Source: an uncultured Cellvibrionaceae bacterium
GTDB taxonomy: Bacteria; Pseudomonadota; Gammaproteobacteria; Pseudomonadales; Cellvibrionaceae
Length of the DNA stretch: 61,234 bases
Direction of reading: 5' to 3'
Assembly: GCA_964641175.1 (NCBI GenBank)
Contig: CAZXLJ010000003.1
Span: 1 to 61,234, forward strand
Shown here: positions 19,983 through 31,408 of the stretch, one piece after another
Layout of the letters: the number at the start of each line of letters is the position of its first letter
How positions within the stretch are numbered: position 1 is the first letter of the stretch
The notes under the pieces: generated by a model
What the model was told of the DNA's origin: nothing
Database searches by the model: none
What the model saw: the letters and a program-made list of their open reading frames with translations, nothing else
Position numbers and translations under genes: made by a program

Positions 19983-20572
19983 TGAACGCCATTCACGCAT
20001 TCCTGCGCTGTGAGACCCCGCAAGCCTGGATCGACAAAGCCTTGCAGAACTCGGCCATTTTGCTCATCGATCACGCAAACTGTGAAAAAAAGGCCGCCAG
20101 TACGGCGCTCAACTTGATGTATCGCTACATTTCCAATATTCCATTGCTCAATAAAATGTCGCGTCTGGCGAGAGAAGAGCTCCGCCATTTCGAGCAGGTG
20201 CTGGCGATCATGCAGCAGCGAGGAATCGCGTATGAATATGTTTCTGCTTCGCGCTATGCATCAGAGTTACGGGCACCTGTCCGGCAGACCGATCCTGGAA
20301 AGCTGGTAGACACCCTCATCGTTGGGGCAATCATAGAAGCGCGTTCTTGCGAACGGTTCTTCGCATTGGCACCGCATCTGGATGCCGAATTGAGCGAATT
20401 TTATCGATCACTATTGAAATCTGAAGCCAGACATTTCACTGACTATCTCGCCCTGGCGCAGGACGCTGCGGGAGAGGAATGCATATCAGATCGAATCGAA
20501 GTATTTCTGGATCTGGAGCAGACTCTGATACAGAGTCCGGATGAGAATTTTCGCTTCCATTCGGGGGTTTAA
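19979..20572 (+). CDS. miaE: tRNA-(ms2io6A37)-hydroxylase
   Basis: 197 aa; start overlaps the upstream stop (ATGA). FLRCETPQAWIDKAL...LLIDHANCEKKAA and ...EARSCERF.../...EARHF di-iron motifs match MiaE. Confidence 0.85.
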   Translation: MMNAIHAFLRCETPQAWIDKALQNSAILLIDHANCEKKAASTALNLMYRYISNIPLLNKMSRLAREELRHFEQVLAIMQQRGIAYEYVSASRYASELRAPVRQTDPGKLVDTLIVGAIIEARSCERFFALAPHLDAELSEFYRSLLKSEARHFTDYLALAQDAAGEECISDRIEVFLDLEQTLIQSPDENFRFHSGV

Positions 20573-20636
20573 CGACCTTCTAAATGATCGGTGGCGCGCA
20601 AGGAGCGCATCCGGCGCCAGAGAAGCTCCCGCAGCG

Positions 20637-21368
20637 TTACTGCGGGATGGCAAAGGACTGAAGATCCAGGTCGCCGTCGGTACCGGCCTCAAGAAACCAG
20701 CCCCGGTCATGCCACGCCCCCAGCACAATCCGTTCAGCGTCGCTGCCGTTGATGGATACTTGATGACGGAAGGGACGGTGGGTGTGACCGTGTATGAGCA
20801 GGTCGACGTCGGCGTTCCGAAAGGCACGGGTGACCTCTTCCGGTGTCACATCCATGATGTCTTCTGCTTTTATCGCATTCATGGACTGACTCTGTCTGCG
20901 CAAGTTTGCCGCCATCAGGCGCCGCTGGGGAAGCGGTAGCCCCAGGACCTGCTGTTGCCAGCCCGGGTTGCGCACCATGGAGCGGAACTGCTGATACTCG
21001 GAGTCCTGGGTGCAGAGGCTGTCACCGTGCATCACCAGAACCTTGCGACCATAGAGGTCAATGACGGTGGATTCCGCCAGCAGAATTGAGCCGGTCTGTT
21101 CAGCAAATGTCTCCCCTAAAAGAAAGTCGCGATTGCCGTGCAATACGTAAACCGTCGTACCCGCCGCGGAATAAAGGCGCAATGCATTCTTGACTCCCGT
21201 CAGGAATTCATCGTCATCGTCATCCCCAATCCAGGCATCGAAGAAGTCACCAAGTATATATAAAGCGTCCGCGTTCCTGGCGGGGCCGCGCAAAAATGCA
21301 TTAAATGCGGCAAACAGCCGGGGCTGGTCACTCGCAAGGTGCAGATCTGATATGAAAAACGTTGCCAT
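20637..21368 (-). CDS. lpxH: UDP-2,3-diacylglucosamine diphosphatase
   Basis: MATFFISDLHL, LGDFFDAWIGDDD, GNRDFLLG and HGDSLCT metallophosphoesterase motifs in LpxH order; 243 aa. Confidence 0.9.
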   Translation of the reverse strand: MATFFISDLHLASDQPRLFAAFNAFLRGPARNADALYILGDFFDAWIGDDDDDEFLTGVKNALRLYSAAGTTVYVLHGNRDFLLGETFAEQTGSILLAESTVIDLYGRKVLVMHGDSLCTQDSEYQQFRSMVRNPGWQQQVLGLPLPQRRLMAANLRRQSQSMNAIKAEDIMDVTPEEVTRAFRNADVDLLIHGHTHRPFRHQVSINGSDAERIVLGAWHDRGWFLEAGTDGDLDLQSFAIPQ

Positions 21369-21374
21369 ATCCAG

Positions 21375-21875
21375 TCAGGTTGCAGTTACAGACTCAATGA
21401 CCACTGGCTCTAACGGCACGTCCTGATGACCGTGGCTGCTGCCGGTTTTGACATTCTTGATCTTTTCGACAACATCCATTCCGCGAACCACCTTGCCGAA
21501 GACACAGTATCCCCAGCCTTGCATATCCTTGCTCTTGAAATTCAGGAAATGGTTATCTTTGACGTTGATAAAAAACTGTGCGGTGGCACTGTGCGGGTCC
21601 ATGGTGCGTGCCATGGCGATGGTGCCCTTGTCGTTGGACAAGCCGTTGTCTGCCTCGTTATCTATCGGTGCGCGCACGGCCTTTTGCTGCATCCCCTCTG
21701 TAAAACCGCCTCCCTGAATCATGAAGTTATCGATGACCCGATGGAAGATTGTGCCATTAAAAAATCCCTCGTCCACGTATTGCTTGAAGTTCGCGGCGGT
21801 CTTGGGTGCTTTTTCAAAATCCAGCTCCAGCTCGATCTGGCCGTAGTTGGTATGCAGGGTGATCATGTCAGACAA
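21375..21875 (-). CDS. ppiB: Peptidyl-prolyl cis-trans isomerase B (cyclophilin type)
   Basis: 166 aa. [15 protein letters not shown], ...GTIAMART... and ...[11 protein letters not shown] cyclophilin signatures. Confidence 0.95.
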   Translation of the reverse strand: MSDMITLHTNYGQIELELDFEKAPKTAANFKQYVDEGFFNGTIFHRVIDNFMIQGGGFTEGMQQKAVRAPIDNEADNGLSNDKGTIAMARTMDPHSATAQFFINVKDNHFLNFKSKDMQGWGYCVFGKVVRGMDVVEKIKNVKTGSSHGHQDVPLEPVVIESVTAT

Positions 21876-22001
21876 ACTCCCGTTAAATGGGTCGATGGGC
21901 GTGGCTCAGTGGCCTGCGAGGCGGCTATAATACGCGCTTTGGCTTCAAATCGGAACCTAACTCCAGGCGGCTACCGCCCTACATCCCGGTAATCCACAAC
22001 T

Positions 22002-23666
22002 ATGTCAGACGCCACCAAACCCCTGAATTTTCTTGAGCAGCTGATCAGTAATGATCTCGCTGAGGGTCGCCATACCCAGATTACCACCCGTTTCCCGCCC
22101 GAGCCCAACGGCTATTTACACATAGGACATGCCAAGTCTATCTGTCTGAACTTCGGTTTGGCAGAGACTTTTGGCGGGCAATGCAATCTGCGTTTTGACG
22201 ATACCAATCCGGCCAAAGAGGACGACGAATACGTTCAGTCAATTCAACGTGACGTCCAGTGGCTGGGATATCAATGGCACGGGGAGCCGAAGTACGCGTC
22301 GGATTATTTCGATCAGCTTTACGAATGGGCGATATACCTGATCAGGCGGGGCCTTGCTTACGTCTGCCATTTATCTGCTGATGAAGCACGGCAATATCGT
22401 GGCACCCTGAAAGAGCCCGGAAAAAATTCTCCATATCGAAATCGCGATCCGGAAGAAAATCTGGCTTTGTTTGAGGCCATGAAGGCCGGCCGCATGGCGG
22501 ACGGCGAATGTGTTCTGCGCGCAAAAATTGATATGTCTCATGGCAACATCAATATGCGTGATCCAATTTTATATCGGGTGCGCAAGCAGACTCATCATCA
22601 GACTGGCGACAAATGGTGCATCTATCCCACGTATGATTATGCACATGGTCAGGGGGATGCGATTGAAGGCGTAACACATTCCATCTGTACTCTGGAGTTT
22701 GCCGATCATCGACCTTTGTACGACTGGTTCATCGAGCACCTTCCCGTTCCCCACCGACCAAAGCAGTATGAATTTGGTCGCCTGAACCTGAACTACACTG
22801 TCACTTCCAAAAGAAAGCTAAAGCTGTTGGTCGACGAAGGGCATGTTGACGGTTGGGACGACCCGCGTATGCCCACCATCGCCGGTTTCCGGCGGCGAGG
22901 TTATACGCCCCGGGCCTTGCGGAAATTTTGCGAAATGATTGGTGTCACCCGTTCGGATGGGGTCGTCGATGTGGCGATGCTGGAACACGCGATCCGGGAT
23001 GATCTGGATAAAAATGCAGCTCGTGCCATGGTGGTTCTGCGTCCATTGAAGGTTGTTCTGTCAAACTATCCCGATGGTCAATTTGAGACCTTGACGGCTG
23101 CCGGTCATCCCCAGAGGGATGATCTGGGTGAGCGTAGCCTGCCTTTTGGCAAGGTGGTTTATATCGACGCTGAAGATTTCCGGGAAGAAGCAAACAAAAA
23201 GTATAAGCGGCTTGTGCTGGGCAAACGTGTCCGCCTGCGACACGCGTATGTTATCGAAGCGGAGAGCGTGAAAAAAAACGAGGCGGGTGAAATCGTAGAG
23301 GTCCACGCAAAATATTTGCCGGAGACTTTGGGTGAAGACCCTGCGGATGGAGTAAAGCCCAAAGGTGTAATTCACTGGGCAGCAGCACACGATTGCGTGG
23401 ATCTGGTTGTGCGACTTTACGACCGTTTGTTTACCGATCCGGAACCCGGTGCAGCAGACAGGGATTTCTTGCAGGCTATCAATCCCAGTAGCCTTTTAAC
23501 TTTGAAAAACTGTAAAGGTGAAGCCGGTTTGCGGGATGTAGTGCCGGAACAGGGTTTTCAGTTTGAACGGGAAGGGTATTTCTGTCGCGACATGAAAGAA
23601 GAAGGGCTGGTGTTTAACAGAACAATAGACCTGAAAGATAGCTGGACCAGAACCGACACTGATTAA
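22002..23666 (+). CDS. glnS: Glutamine--tRNA ligase
   Basis: 554 aa. HIGH motif ([12 protein letters not shown]) and VTSKRKL (KMSKS equivalent). Collinear with E. coli GlnRS. Confidence 0.97.
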   Translation: MSDATKPLNFLEQLISNDLAEGRHTQITTRFPPEPNGYLHIGHAKSICLNFGLAETFGGQCNLRFDDTNPAKEDDEYVQSIQRDVQWLGYQWHGEPKYASDYFDQLYEWAIYLIRRGLAYVCHLSADEARQYRGTLKEPGKNSPYRNRDPEENLALFEAMKAGRMADGECVLRAKIDMSHGNINMRDPILYRVRKQTHHQTGDKWCIYPTYDYAHGQGDAIEGVTHSICTLEFADHRPLYDWFIEHLPVPHRPKQYEFGRLNLNYTVTSKRKLKLLVDEGHVDGWDDPRMPTIAGFRRRGYTPRALRKFCEMIGVTRSDGVVDVAMLEHAIRDDLDKNAARAMVVLRPLKVVLSNYPDGQFETLTAAGHPQRDDLGERSLPFGKVVYIDAEDFREEANKKYKRLVLGKRVRLRHAYVIEAESVKKNEAGEIVEVHAKYLPETLGEDPADGVKPKGVIHWAAAHDCVDLVVRLYDRLFTDPEPGAADRDFLQAINPSSLLTLKNCKGEAGLRDVVPEQGFQFEREGYFCRDMKEEGLVFNRTIDLKDSWTRTDTD

Positions 23667-23685
23667 TCATTCCCGGGGCGTATTC

Positions 23686-25074
23686 ATGAATCTTTACATT
23701 TACAACACTAAAAGCCGAAACAAAGAGCTGTTTACGCCGATCAGTGCAGATCAGGTCAAGATGTATGTCTGCGGGCCAACCGTCTATAACTATGTGCATA
23801 TCGGCAATGCGAGGCCGGTCGTCGTATTCGATACCTTGTTCCGGGTACTTCAGTCACTTTACCCCAGCGTTATCTACGCCCGTAATGTAACCGACATTGA
23901 CGACAAAATAATGAAAGCCGCAAAAGAGCAGGGACGTAGCATTGAAGATCTGTCCGCGGAATATGCCCAAGCCTATGTCGAAGATATGGCGGGTCTCAAT
24001 AACCTGCCACCGACCATAACGCCGTACGCAACCCATCATGTGCAAGATATGATCGGGATGATCGAAACTTTGCTATCCCGCGGGCATGCCTATGAGGCGG
24101 AGAGACATGTGCTTTTTTCGGTGAAATCCATGCCGGAATATGGAGCGCTTTCAAATCGGTCCCTGGAGGACATGCTGGATGGGGCACGAGTTGAAGTGGC
24201 TCCGTACAAAAAATATGCCGGGGATTTTGTATTGTGGAAACCATCGACTGCAACGGAACCGGGATGGGAAAGCCCCTGGGGACGCGGCCGGCCCGGATGG
24301 CACCTCGAATGTTCCGCGATGATTGAAAAACACCTCGGCAAGACCATCGATATCCACGGCGGCGGAAGAGACCTGATCTTTCCTCATCACGAAAATGAAT
24401 TGGCACAAAGTCACTGCGCGCACGGGGGACAAGAGTACGTTCGCTACTGGGTCCATAACGGGTATATCAATATCAACGGCGAAAAAATGTCGAAATCGCT
24501 CGGAAATTTCCGAACGGTCAGAGGGCTTCTTCAGCATTATCCGGGGGAGGTAATCCGGTTTGCGTTGTTGTCAGCTCATTACCGGTCCGAGCTGGATTTT
24601 TCGATGGATCTGCTCGATCAGTCAAAAGCCAGTCTCGATACGTTATATGGGGCGCTGCGCAAGGCAGGTGACTTGGGAGCAGATCCCGACAAATTCGAAC
24701 TTGCAGGCAGCAAGGCGTTTCTAGCCTTGCTCGATGATCTGAACACGCCCATTGCAATCAGCGAGTTGCATCATCTCGCCAAATTGGCCAATAAAAGTGA
24801 AGGTGATGATGCCCGGCGCGCAGCGGTGGAAATTAAAGCTATTGGGGCCGTGATGGGATTGTTGCAACAGGATCCTCAAGCCTGGTTTCAAGGTTCATCC
24901 GCGGATGATGTACTGCAAGCGGAAGAAATTGAAGCGCTTATCCTTCAGCGTAACGAAGCCAAAGTCGCTCGCAACTATGTTCGAGCCGACGAAATCCGCG
25001 CGCACCTCCAGAATCACAACGTCGTTCTCGAAGATTCGCGTTCCGGAACGAGCTGGCGCCGGGGAAGCAACTGA
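23686..25074 (+). CDS. cysS: Cysteine--tRNA ligase
   Basis: 462 aa. [15 protein letters not shown] (HIGH), zinc-binding Cys/His residues and KMSKSLGN. Confidence 0.97.
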   Translation: MNLYIYNTKSRNKELFTPISADQVKMYVCGPTVYNYVHIGNARPVVVFDTLFRVLQSLYPSVIYARNVTDIDDKIMKAAKEQGRSIEDLSAEYAQAYVEDMAGLNNLPPTITPYATHHVQDMIGMIETLLSRGHAYEAERHVLFSVKSMPEYGALSNRSLEDMLDGARVEVAPYKKYAGDFVLWKPSTATEPGWESPWGRGRPGWHLECSAMIEKHLGKTIDIHGGGRDLIFPHHENELAQSHCAHGGQEYVRYWVHNGYININGEKMSKSLGNFRTVRGLLQHYPGEVIRFALLSAHYRSELDFSMDLLDQSKASLDTLYGALRKAGDLGADPDKFELAGSKAFLALLDDLNTPIAISELHHLAKLANKSEGDDARRAAVEIKAIGAVMGLLQQDPQAWFQGSSADDVLQAEEIEALILQRNEAKVARNYVRADEIRAHLQNHNVVLEDSRSGTSWRRGSN

Positions 25075-25161
25075 ACCCGCCACCATGCCACGGCAAATTA
25101 CTTCCGATCCTGTCATCTTCGTTCGGCACTATTTTGAATTACCCGGAAACCGGAACGCGTC

Positions 25162-25758
25162 ATGATTCCTGACGCCGGTCAGATCCGCTCGATTCAGGAG
25201 GGCGTCGAACAAATCGTCCTGCAGTCGTCCGTCCCGCTGACCGAGCATTCCCTGCTCAAAGAACTCGAGCGCCAGGGGCTGTTTGACTGGATCCCCGCAA
25301 CTGACGCAGCGCTCGTACTTTTTCGCAAACATTTTCTGATCATGCATGTTCTGTATCGGCTCCAAGTTCAATTCCAGGAGCGTGGAGCGTATTTGCACAT
25401 AAGTGCATTAGCCATTGACTTGGTCGTCAGAGAGGGCTGTGAATCCTCATTGCTCGCGACGGCAGATTCTGGTCTGCGGAACTATTATCTGGATCTGGAA
25501 GAGTTCGGTGAGGTCACTGAAGCGGAGGTGGTAAACCTGCTTTACGGGTTTTGGCGGAGATATGATGGCTGGCAAACCGCTGATCAGGCCTGCCAGATTC
25601 TGGGAGTCCCCCAGGATGCCAATTGGCATGAAGTGCAAGCAGCTTATCGCCGTGCCGCGGCGACGGCTCATCCCGACAAAGGCGGAGACGCCGCTCAGTT
25701 TTGCCGCATATTTGAAGCGTATCAGTCGCTAAAATTCAGATTGAAGCTGTCAGGGTGA
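25162..25758 (+). CDS. DnaJ (J-domain) containing protein, 'DNA-J related' type
   Basis: 198 aa. C-terminal J domain (WHEVQAAYRRAAATAHPDKGGD) with the HPD motif. The N-terminal region resembles the DNA-J-related domain. Confidence 0.7.
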   Translation: MIPDAGQIRSIQEGVEQIVLQSSVPLTEHSLLKELERQGLFDWIPATDAALVLFRKHFLIMHVLYRLQVQFQERGAYLHISALAIDLVVREGCESSLLATADSGLRNYYLDLEEFGEVTEAEVVNLLYGFWRRYDGWQTADQACQILGVPQDANWHEVQAAYRRAAATAHPDKGGDAAQFCRIFEAYQSLKFRLKLSG

Positions 25759-26637
25759 AATTTTCTGTGCGGTCGCCGTAATCTTCCGGATGACGGAAAG
25801 GCAGCGGGAAAGATACCCGCCGCCAAACAGATTGAGGTGGTTCAGCAAGTGGTAGAGATTGTACAGGTGCAAACGGTCTTCATTTCCAGGAGGGAGTGGC
25901 CAGGCTGTGGTATAGGCGTTGTAAAAAGAGACAGGAAAGCCGCCGAATAAGCATGTCAGCGCCAGATCAGTTTCCCGGTCTCCGTAGTAACTTGCAGGGT
26001 CGAATATGACCGGCTCTCCACGGCGTCCAAAGCCGACGTTCCCGCGCCATAAATCTCCATGCAGTAGCGACGCTTCAGGTCGATGTTCCGCCAGCACTGA
26101 GCGAGAAGCGTCGTGTAAAGGTTCAATCAAAGGTTCAAGAGTAACCCGGTGGTCACTTTCACAGGCGAGATTCAGCTGCGGACGCAGTCGGCATTCCCAC
26201 CAGAAATCGCTCCAGCAAGAGTGCTTCTGGTTGTATTGATGATTTCGCCCGATAAAATTGTCGTCCTGCCAGCCGTAATAACGCGACTGATGGCGATGCA
26301 GGTTCGCTAGCCCTCTGCCCAGCGCTTCCCAATCTCCACTTTCAGACAAGTGCATGGCCTCGAGCACAAGGTAATAGATACCATCAACGTCACCCTGCAC
26401 GATGGGATTCGGTACCCTGATGGCTGACTGAGCACCCAAATGCAGCAATGATTCAGTTTCTGCATGAAACATTGCCGCGGAGCAGGTGGCCTTGTTTGAT
26501 TTGACGAAGTACTCCTGCTGGGCACATTTAAACAGAAAACACGTGTTAATATCGCCACCGCTTACTGGGGTTAACTCGCAAGCGCTATCGAATTTTTCCG
26601 ATAGATGGCGGATTAGCAGGGTTTGATCGACAGACAT
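25750..26637 (-). CDS. Fructosamine/ketosamine-3-kinase family protein
   Basis: ORF 25750..26718. SLLHGDLWRGNVGF and FDPASYYGDRETDLA kinase motifs. I prefer Met at 26637 (MSVDQTLLIRHL...), which aligns with the YniA N-terminus and leaves a promoter gap to divergent djlA. Start is uncertain. Confidence 0.8.
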   Translation of the reverse strand: MSVDQTLLIRHLSEKFDSACELTPVSGGDINTCFLFKCAQQEYFVKSNKATCSAAMFHAETESLLHLGAQSAIRVPNPIVQGDVDGIYYLVLEAMHLSESGDWEALGRGLANLHRHQSRYYGWQDDNFIGRNHQYNQKHSCWSDFWWECRLRPQLNLACESDHRVTLEPLIEPLHDASRSVLAEHRPEASLLHGDLWRGNVGFGRRGEPVIFDPASYYGDRETDLALTCLFGGFPVSFYNAYTTAWPLPPGNEDRLHLYNLYHLLNHLNLFGGGYLSRCLSVIRKITATAQKISP

Positions 26638-26719
26638 TTGGCGTAGAGGGATTGCGTCGTTTTTAAGTGGAAGAGGGACTGCCTCCGGCTTTGCCATCGT
26701 AATTTGTTTAGGAGTCATT

Positions 26720-27514
26720 GTGAACTGGGTTGCGAGAGTTCTATGTGCTTTACTGGGTTTCGTTACCCTCGGTCCGGTCGGAGCGATAATTGGATTAATA
26801 GTCGGTTATTACTTTGACCGCGCCCTAACCAATTTCCAGTCCCACTTCGACCCCGCCAAGCGTCAGCAGGTCGAGCAGATTCTCTTTGCCAGTGTTTTCC
26901 AGCTGATTGGTCACATGGCCAAATCCGACGGTCGCGTATCGGAAGATGAGATAGCCGTCACAGAAACCATGATGAAGCGAATGCGGCTGAGCGAAGAGCA
27001 GCGGCTGCAAGCGATTGAATGGTTCAAGCATGGCGCCCGCCCGGATTTCGATGTTGACATGGCGCTGACCGAATTTATAAATGTCTGCGGCCCCTACCCG
27101 GACATAAAGCAGCTCATGCTGGTATATCTGATCACGATGGCGCTTTCGGATGGAGCTTTCCATGCGGAAGAGGAAAAGATTTTGCGACGCGTAGGCTTGC
27201 GTCTGGGTTATTCCGAAGCTGCCTTCGAACATGTCCTGCGTATGGCGAAGGCTCAGGATTATTTCCACAGAGATGAACATGGCAATCCGGCGGGGGCGTC
27301 TGTAGATTCACTTCAGAAGGCGTATGACGCTCTTGGAGTAGATGCTTCTGTCACCGATCCCGAGCTTAAGCGGGCATACCGAAAACTGATGAGCCAATAT
27401 CACCCGGACAAGCTGGCCGGACAGGGAGTGCCAGAGGAAATGATCAAGGTTGCTACCGAAAGATCGCAGGAAATACAGGCCGCCTATGATCTGATCAAGC
27501 GCCAACGCGCTTGA
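26720..27514 (+). CDS. djlA: Co-chaperone DjlA
   Basis: GTG start. N-terminal TM (LGFVTLGPVGAIIGLIVGYYFDR), TerB-like middle region and C-terminal J domain (AYRKLMSQYHPDK). Confidence 0.9.
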   Translation: MNWVARVLCALLGFVTLGPVGAIIGLIVGYYFDRALTNFQSHFDPAKRQQVEQILFASVFQLIGHMAKSDGRVSEDEIAVTETMMKRMRLSEEQRLQAIEWFKHGARPDFDVDMALTEFINVCGPYPDIKQLMLVYLITMALSDGAFHAEEEKILRRVGLRLGYSEAAFEHVLRMAKAQDYFHRDEHGNPAGASVDSLQKAYDALGVDASVTDPELKRAYRKLMSQYHPDKLAGQGVPEEMIKVATERSQEIQAAYDLIKRQRA

Positions 27515-27561
27515 TGGTCAGCAAAAGCGGCTGCGTCTAGGAAAATTGGCGGCCGTCAGGT

Positions 27562-29160
27562 TCAGTACTGTGCCCGTGTGACATCAACGAACAGCGTCAA
27601 TGAGTCACCTGGCCGGATGTAGCTTTTAGGGTTCACATCGTTCCAGACGACGATGTCCTTCACCTGAAGATTGAATTTGTTCGCAATACGAGCCAGGGAA
27701 TCACCTTGGCGGACCCTGTAGGCAACCTTCTTGATGGTATTGGCGGAATCGCCAGTTCTTGCTGATGTCTTGACGGCGTCGTTCCAGACAATAAGAGATT
27801 GCCCGGCAAAGATTTGATCTCCCTCGTTAAGTTTGTTCCAATCCTGGAGTTGCTTGCGGTCAAGTTTGAACTTCTTCGCAATGCTCCACAAACTGTCACC
27901 CTTTTGAACTCTATAGGTGATATTTCCATTCAGCTTTGCTGAAGCTTTGGCGGTTGCGCGTTGCACCTGCTCTGTGGGAACAGTCGTAAGGATTTGCCCT
28001 TTTGGTACGATGGGCACCAGTAAAGTTGCACCTTCGCGGATTGAATGGTTTGCGAGCCCGTTCAATTGCTGCAAGACGTTTACGGAAGTATTGAAGTGCC
28101 CGGCAATGGATGAAAGATTATCCCCCTGGCGTACCGTGTAGATATCCCACACCATCCTGTCCTGCTGAGACAGTTGGCCGAGCTGATCCCGGAAATAAGG
28201 TGCCCGGGGGCTGGGAACCAGAAGCTGGTGTGGCCCCTCCGGGTCGGTCGCCCACCGATTGAACCCCGGATTCAATGCCTGGAATTCCGCGATGGTGATG
28301 CCGGCCAGTTCGGCGGCGCGTGCCAGGCTGATCTGGGAACCCACATCAACCAGCTCAAAGAACGGTTCATTGGGTATGGAGGCAAGGTTCACGTGATATT
28401 TGCTCGGCACGTTTACCAGCTCGCGGATGGCGAGAAGCTTTGGAACATACATCTGTGTTTCTGCGGGCAGGTCGAGAGACCAGTAATCAGTGGGTCGCCC
28501 CCGTTGGCGATTTTTGCGGATAGCTCTGGCAACGTTACCCTGGCCGCCATTGTAGGCGGCAAGGGCCAGCAACCAGTCGCCGTCAAACCGGCGGTTCAGT
28601 TGCTCCAGATAATTCAGCGCCGCGTCAGTCGATGCGACGATATCGCGACGCCCGTCATACCACCAGTTCTGCTTCAGCCCCAGGGCCCTGGCAGTTCCGG
28701 GTATAACCTGCCACATACCGGCCGCACGGCCGTGAGAATAGGCAAAGGGGTCGAAAGAGCTCTCCACGATCGGCAGAAGTGCAAACTCCATCGGCATGCC
28801 GCGCCTGTCGAGTTCTTCAACGATGTGGAACAGGTAGGGCCCGGCACGCTCAGACATCTGGAAGATGTAATGGGCTCTTGAGTCGTACCAGGAGATCTGC
28901 TTTTGAACTCGGGGATGATCGAAGTCCTGCAAAACAAATCCTTCGCGAATACGATCCCAAAGGTCGAGTTTGTACGGCAGTTGGAAATCTTCCAGTTCGG
29001 TGTTACGGATAAAACAGAAATCAAAAGATGCGTGATGCCAGTCTGAAAGCTTTACCTTTGGCTTTTTGTCCTTTTTGAGCGGATTGGACAATTCCTGGGG
29101 AAGGCTCGCACAGCCGCCGAGGACAAGTAGCGAAAGGATAAGAAAGATCGGTCTGATCAT
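27562..29160 (-). CDS. mltD: Membrane-bound lytic murein transglycosylase D (SLT domain plus LysM repeats)
   Basis: Lipoprotein signal (LLVLGGCAS), SLT catalytic region (LLPIVESSFDPFAYSHGRAAGMWQ) and three C-terminal LysM-like repeats (Y.V..GD.L..IA). Confidence 0.9.
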   Translation of the reverse strand: MIRPIFLILSLLVLGGCASLPQELSNPLKKDKKPKVKLSDWHHASFDFCFIRNTELEDFQLPYKLDLWDRIREGFVLQDFDHPRVQKQISWYDSRAHYIFQMSERAGPYLFHIVEELDRRGMPMEFALLPIVESSFDPFAYSHGRAAGMWQVIPGTARALGLKQNWWYDGRRDIVASTDAALNYLEQLNRRFDGDWLLALAAYNGGQGNVARAIRKNRQRGRPTDYWSLDLPAETQMYVPKLLAIRELVNVPSKYHVNLASIPNEPFFELVDVGSQISLARAAELAGITIAEFQALNPGFNRWATDPEGPHQLLVPSPRAPYFRDQLGQLSQQDRMVWDIYTVRQGDNLSSIAGHFNTSVNVLQQLNGLANHSIREGATLLVPIVPKGQILTTVPTEQVQRATAKASAKLNGNITYRVQKGDSLWSIAKKFKLDRKQLQDWNKLNEGDQIFAGQSLIVWNDAVKTSARTGDSANTIKKVAYRVRQGDSLARIANKFNLQVKDIVVWNDVNPKSYIRPGDSLTLFVDVTRAQY

Positions 29161-29251
29161 TGGTCAAAAAACATCCAGAAGGGGAGTGCGCTGTGTGAAA
29201 TTCTAGCGGAGATCCACCTGCGAGCAAATTTCATTCTTATAAGACAGTGAA

Positions 29252-30016
29252 CTAATAGCGATTTTTAAGAATCCGCAACTCTCGAAAAGTCTCAAATTCA
29301 TCAAGTTCTCCCATTCCGCAGATTTCAGCGACCCGGTGCCGCACCGCCGGCACTCCCGTCCGCAGAAAGGGATTGACCCGGCTTTCCCACCCGACAGTGG
29401 TCGGCAGGGTGCGGAGACCTTGCAGGCGGCGGTGAACGCACCACCTCTGATAGGTCAGCAGATCCGGGTTGTCCGGTTCAATGTACAAGGCGAAGTCAAT
29501 GTTCTGAAGTGTATATTCATGGGCCCCGTAAACCCGGGTAAGAGGCGGCAGCAAAGCGATGTTACCCAGCGAGGCGAAAAGCGCTTCATGGCTCCCATCA
29601 AAAATTCGACCACAACCGGCTGAAAACAGAGTGTCGCCGCTGAAGAGCGCATGTGCTTCGGGTACATAGAAGCTTAGATGTTCCCGGGTGTGCCCCGGCG
29701 TCTCCAGTACCTTGCAATCGAGCTCGCCCAGAGTGATGTGATCCCCGTCCCGGACGGGATGGTCCACAAGTGTTATCGCCGGGTCTTTCGGGCCAAATAC
29801 CGCAGCGGGTAACGCCTTAAGCAACGGCTGAATGCCTGCGATGTGATCCCAGTGCTTGTGGGTGATCAGTATCCCCTTGAGGGTGACTCTCAGGCTGGCA
29901 AGACAGTCGATCACCGGTGTCGCGAGGCCGGGATCAATCACCCAGGCTTCTTTTTCGGTATGAACGAGCCAGACATAGTTGTCTTGATGGATCGGAATGG
30001 CGGTAACGCGAAACAT
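29252..30016 (-). CDS. gloB: Hydroxyacylglutathione hydrolase (glyoxalase II)
   Basis: 254 aa. THKHWDH metallo-beta-lactamase motif, ...TPGHTREH... and a C-terminal HAGH domain (NPFLR). Confidence 0.92.
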   Translation of the reverse strand: MFRVTAIPIHQDNYVWLVHTEKEAWVIDPGLATPVIDCLASLRVTLKGILITHKHWDHIAGIQPLLKALPAAVFGPKDPAITLVDHPVRDGDHITLGELDCKVLETPGHTREHLSFYVPEAHALFSGDTLFSAGCGRIFDGSHEALFASLGNIALLPPLTRVYGAHEYTLQNIDFALYIEPDNPDLLTYQRWCVHRRLQGLRTLPTTVGWESRVNPFLRTGVPAVRHRVAEICGMGELDEFETFRELRILKNRY

Positions 30017-30083
30017 TGGTTGACCTTGTTGTCGAACAAAGCATGATCAATAATACCCGGCAGCCATCAGAAGCGAGGCCCGC

Positions 30084-30944
30084 ATGGCGTTTTTGCGCAA
30101 AAGCTACTCCCACATCAGAAGCAGGCAGCAGGTTAGAGGCCTGGAGTCAACTACGCGAGCGCTGCAGGACTGGTTTGAAACGCCAGCCGGGCAGCAGTTG
30201 TTGATGCAGGAGCAGCAGCTGCTGGACGAAGAGCTAAGTTACCTTTTTGGTTACCATCTGGCACAGTTGAGCATCAGCCGCAACGTGAAGTTGTATGAAA
30301 ACAGCCGGATTTGCCACTGTTTTTCCATCGGATCGGGCACGCCCGACACGGCAGCCGATGTCGGTATGTACAGCGACTTTGATGCATTGCCGCTTGAAGA
30401 TGAGCAGGTCGACGTTACTGTATTGCACCATGTTCTTGAATTTTCCAGTAATCCGCACCAGGTCCTCAAAGAGGCAAGCAGGGTCACGATAGCGCGTGGT
30501 CATATCATTGTCATTGGCTTCAATCCCTACAGCGCCATGGGAATGTGCAAGCCGTTTGCACAGATTTTTACAAACAAAGCAGTCTGGAGGCGCAACAGCC
30601 TGGCCAAGTCGCGGGTGTCGGACTGGCTCCAGTTTCTCGACTGTAATACACTCCGCATCCATAACGGTTCATACGGGTTCTCCTGGCAAAGCAGAGGAGG
30701 CAAGGGTGGCGCAGTGGGGCGACTGCTCCGTCGGTGGCAGGCTCCATTCGGGAATTTCTACTGTCTGGTAGCCCGTAAGGATCGCGCCAGTCTGACCCCG
30801 ATCACACCCTCCTGGGAGAAACCTCACCGTTTGCCAGCTGTCGGAAAACGGGCGCTTTCGGCACGCTCCGCGGCGCGGTTGTCACTGGTACGCCGGTCGT
30901 CAATTGCTCCTAATCCGCGTCTTCCCGATTCCTCCAACAGTTGA
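30084..30944 (+). CDS. Class I SAM-dependent methyltransferase-like protein
   Basis: 286-aa ORF divergent from gloB and directly upstream of rnhA, the position occupied by a conserved methyltransferase in Pseudomonas-type genomes. [12 protein letters not shown] motif. Confidence 0.65.
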   Translation: MAFLRKSYSHIRSRQQVRGLESTTRALQDWFETPAGQQLLMQEQQLLDEELSYLFGYHLAQLSISRNVKLYENSRICHCFSIGSGTPDTAADVGMYSDFDALPLEDEQVDVTVLHHVLEFSSNPHQVLKEASRVTIARGHIIVIGFNPYSAMGMCKPFAQIFTNKAVWRRNSLAKSRVSDWLQFLDCNTLRIHNGSYGFSWQSRGGKGGAVGRLLRRWQAPFGNFYCLVARKDRASLTPITPSWEKPHRLPAVGKRALSARSAARLSLVRRSSIAPNPRLPDSSNS

Positions 30945-31408
30945 GTCAAGACCTGCCAGTGACCAAAACCAAAGTTGATGTCTTTACCGATGGTGCCTGC
31001 AAGGGTAACCCCGGCCCTGGAGGTTGGGGCGTCTTGTTGCGTTATGGCGACCACGAGAAGCGTTTGTTCGGTGGAGAGAATCCTACCACCAATAACCGCA
31101 TGGAATTAACTGCTGCCATTGAGGCACTTAAAGCATTGAAACGGGGCTGCGAGGTCACACTCACAACTGACTCCCAGTATGTGCGCAAAGGGGTGACCGA
31201 GTGGGTGGCAATGTGGAAGCGCAACGGTTGGAAGACATCGGCCAGAAAAGACGTGAAGAATGTTGACTTATGGAAGGCTCTGGATGAAGAAGTCCAACGT
31301 CATCATGTGCACTGGCACTGGGTGCGCGGACACAGCGGTCATGCGGAGAACGAAATTGCCGATGAACTGGCGAATCTCGGAGTTCAACAGGTTAAGGGCG
31401 GGGTATGA
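30941..31408 (+). CDS. rnhA: Ribonuclease HI
   Basis: [17 protein letters not shown], ...TTNNRMEL..., ...TDSQYV... and ...[15 protein letters not shown] catalytic DEDD residues. The start may be TTG 30941 or GTG 30959. Confidence 0.95.
   Translation: MSQDLPVTKTKVDVFTDGACKGNPGPGGWGVLLRYGDHEKRLFGGENPTTNNRMELTAAIEALKALKRGCEVTLTTDSQYVRKGVTEWVAMWKRNGWKTSARKDVKNVDLWKALDEEVQRHHVHWHWVRGHSGHAENEIADELANLGVQQVKGGV

Noticed and set aside
25085-25165. 26-codon upstream ORF (MPRQITSDPVIFVRHYFELPGNRNAS) whose TGA overlaps the ATG of the DnaJ-related gene (ATGA). It could be a coupled uORF or a frameshifted N-terminus.
   Set aside because: There is no Shine-Dalgarno and no recognisable similarity. The downstream ORF already has a plausible length. 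This cannot be separated from chance without comparative data.
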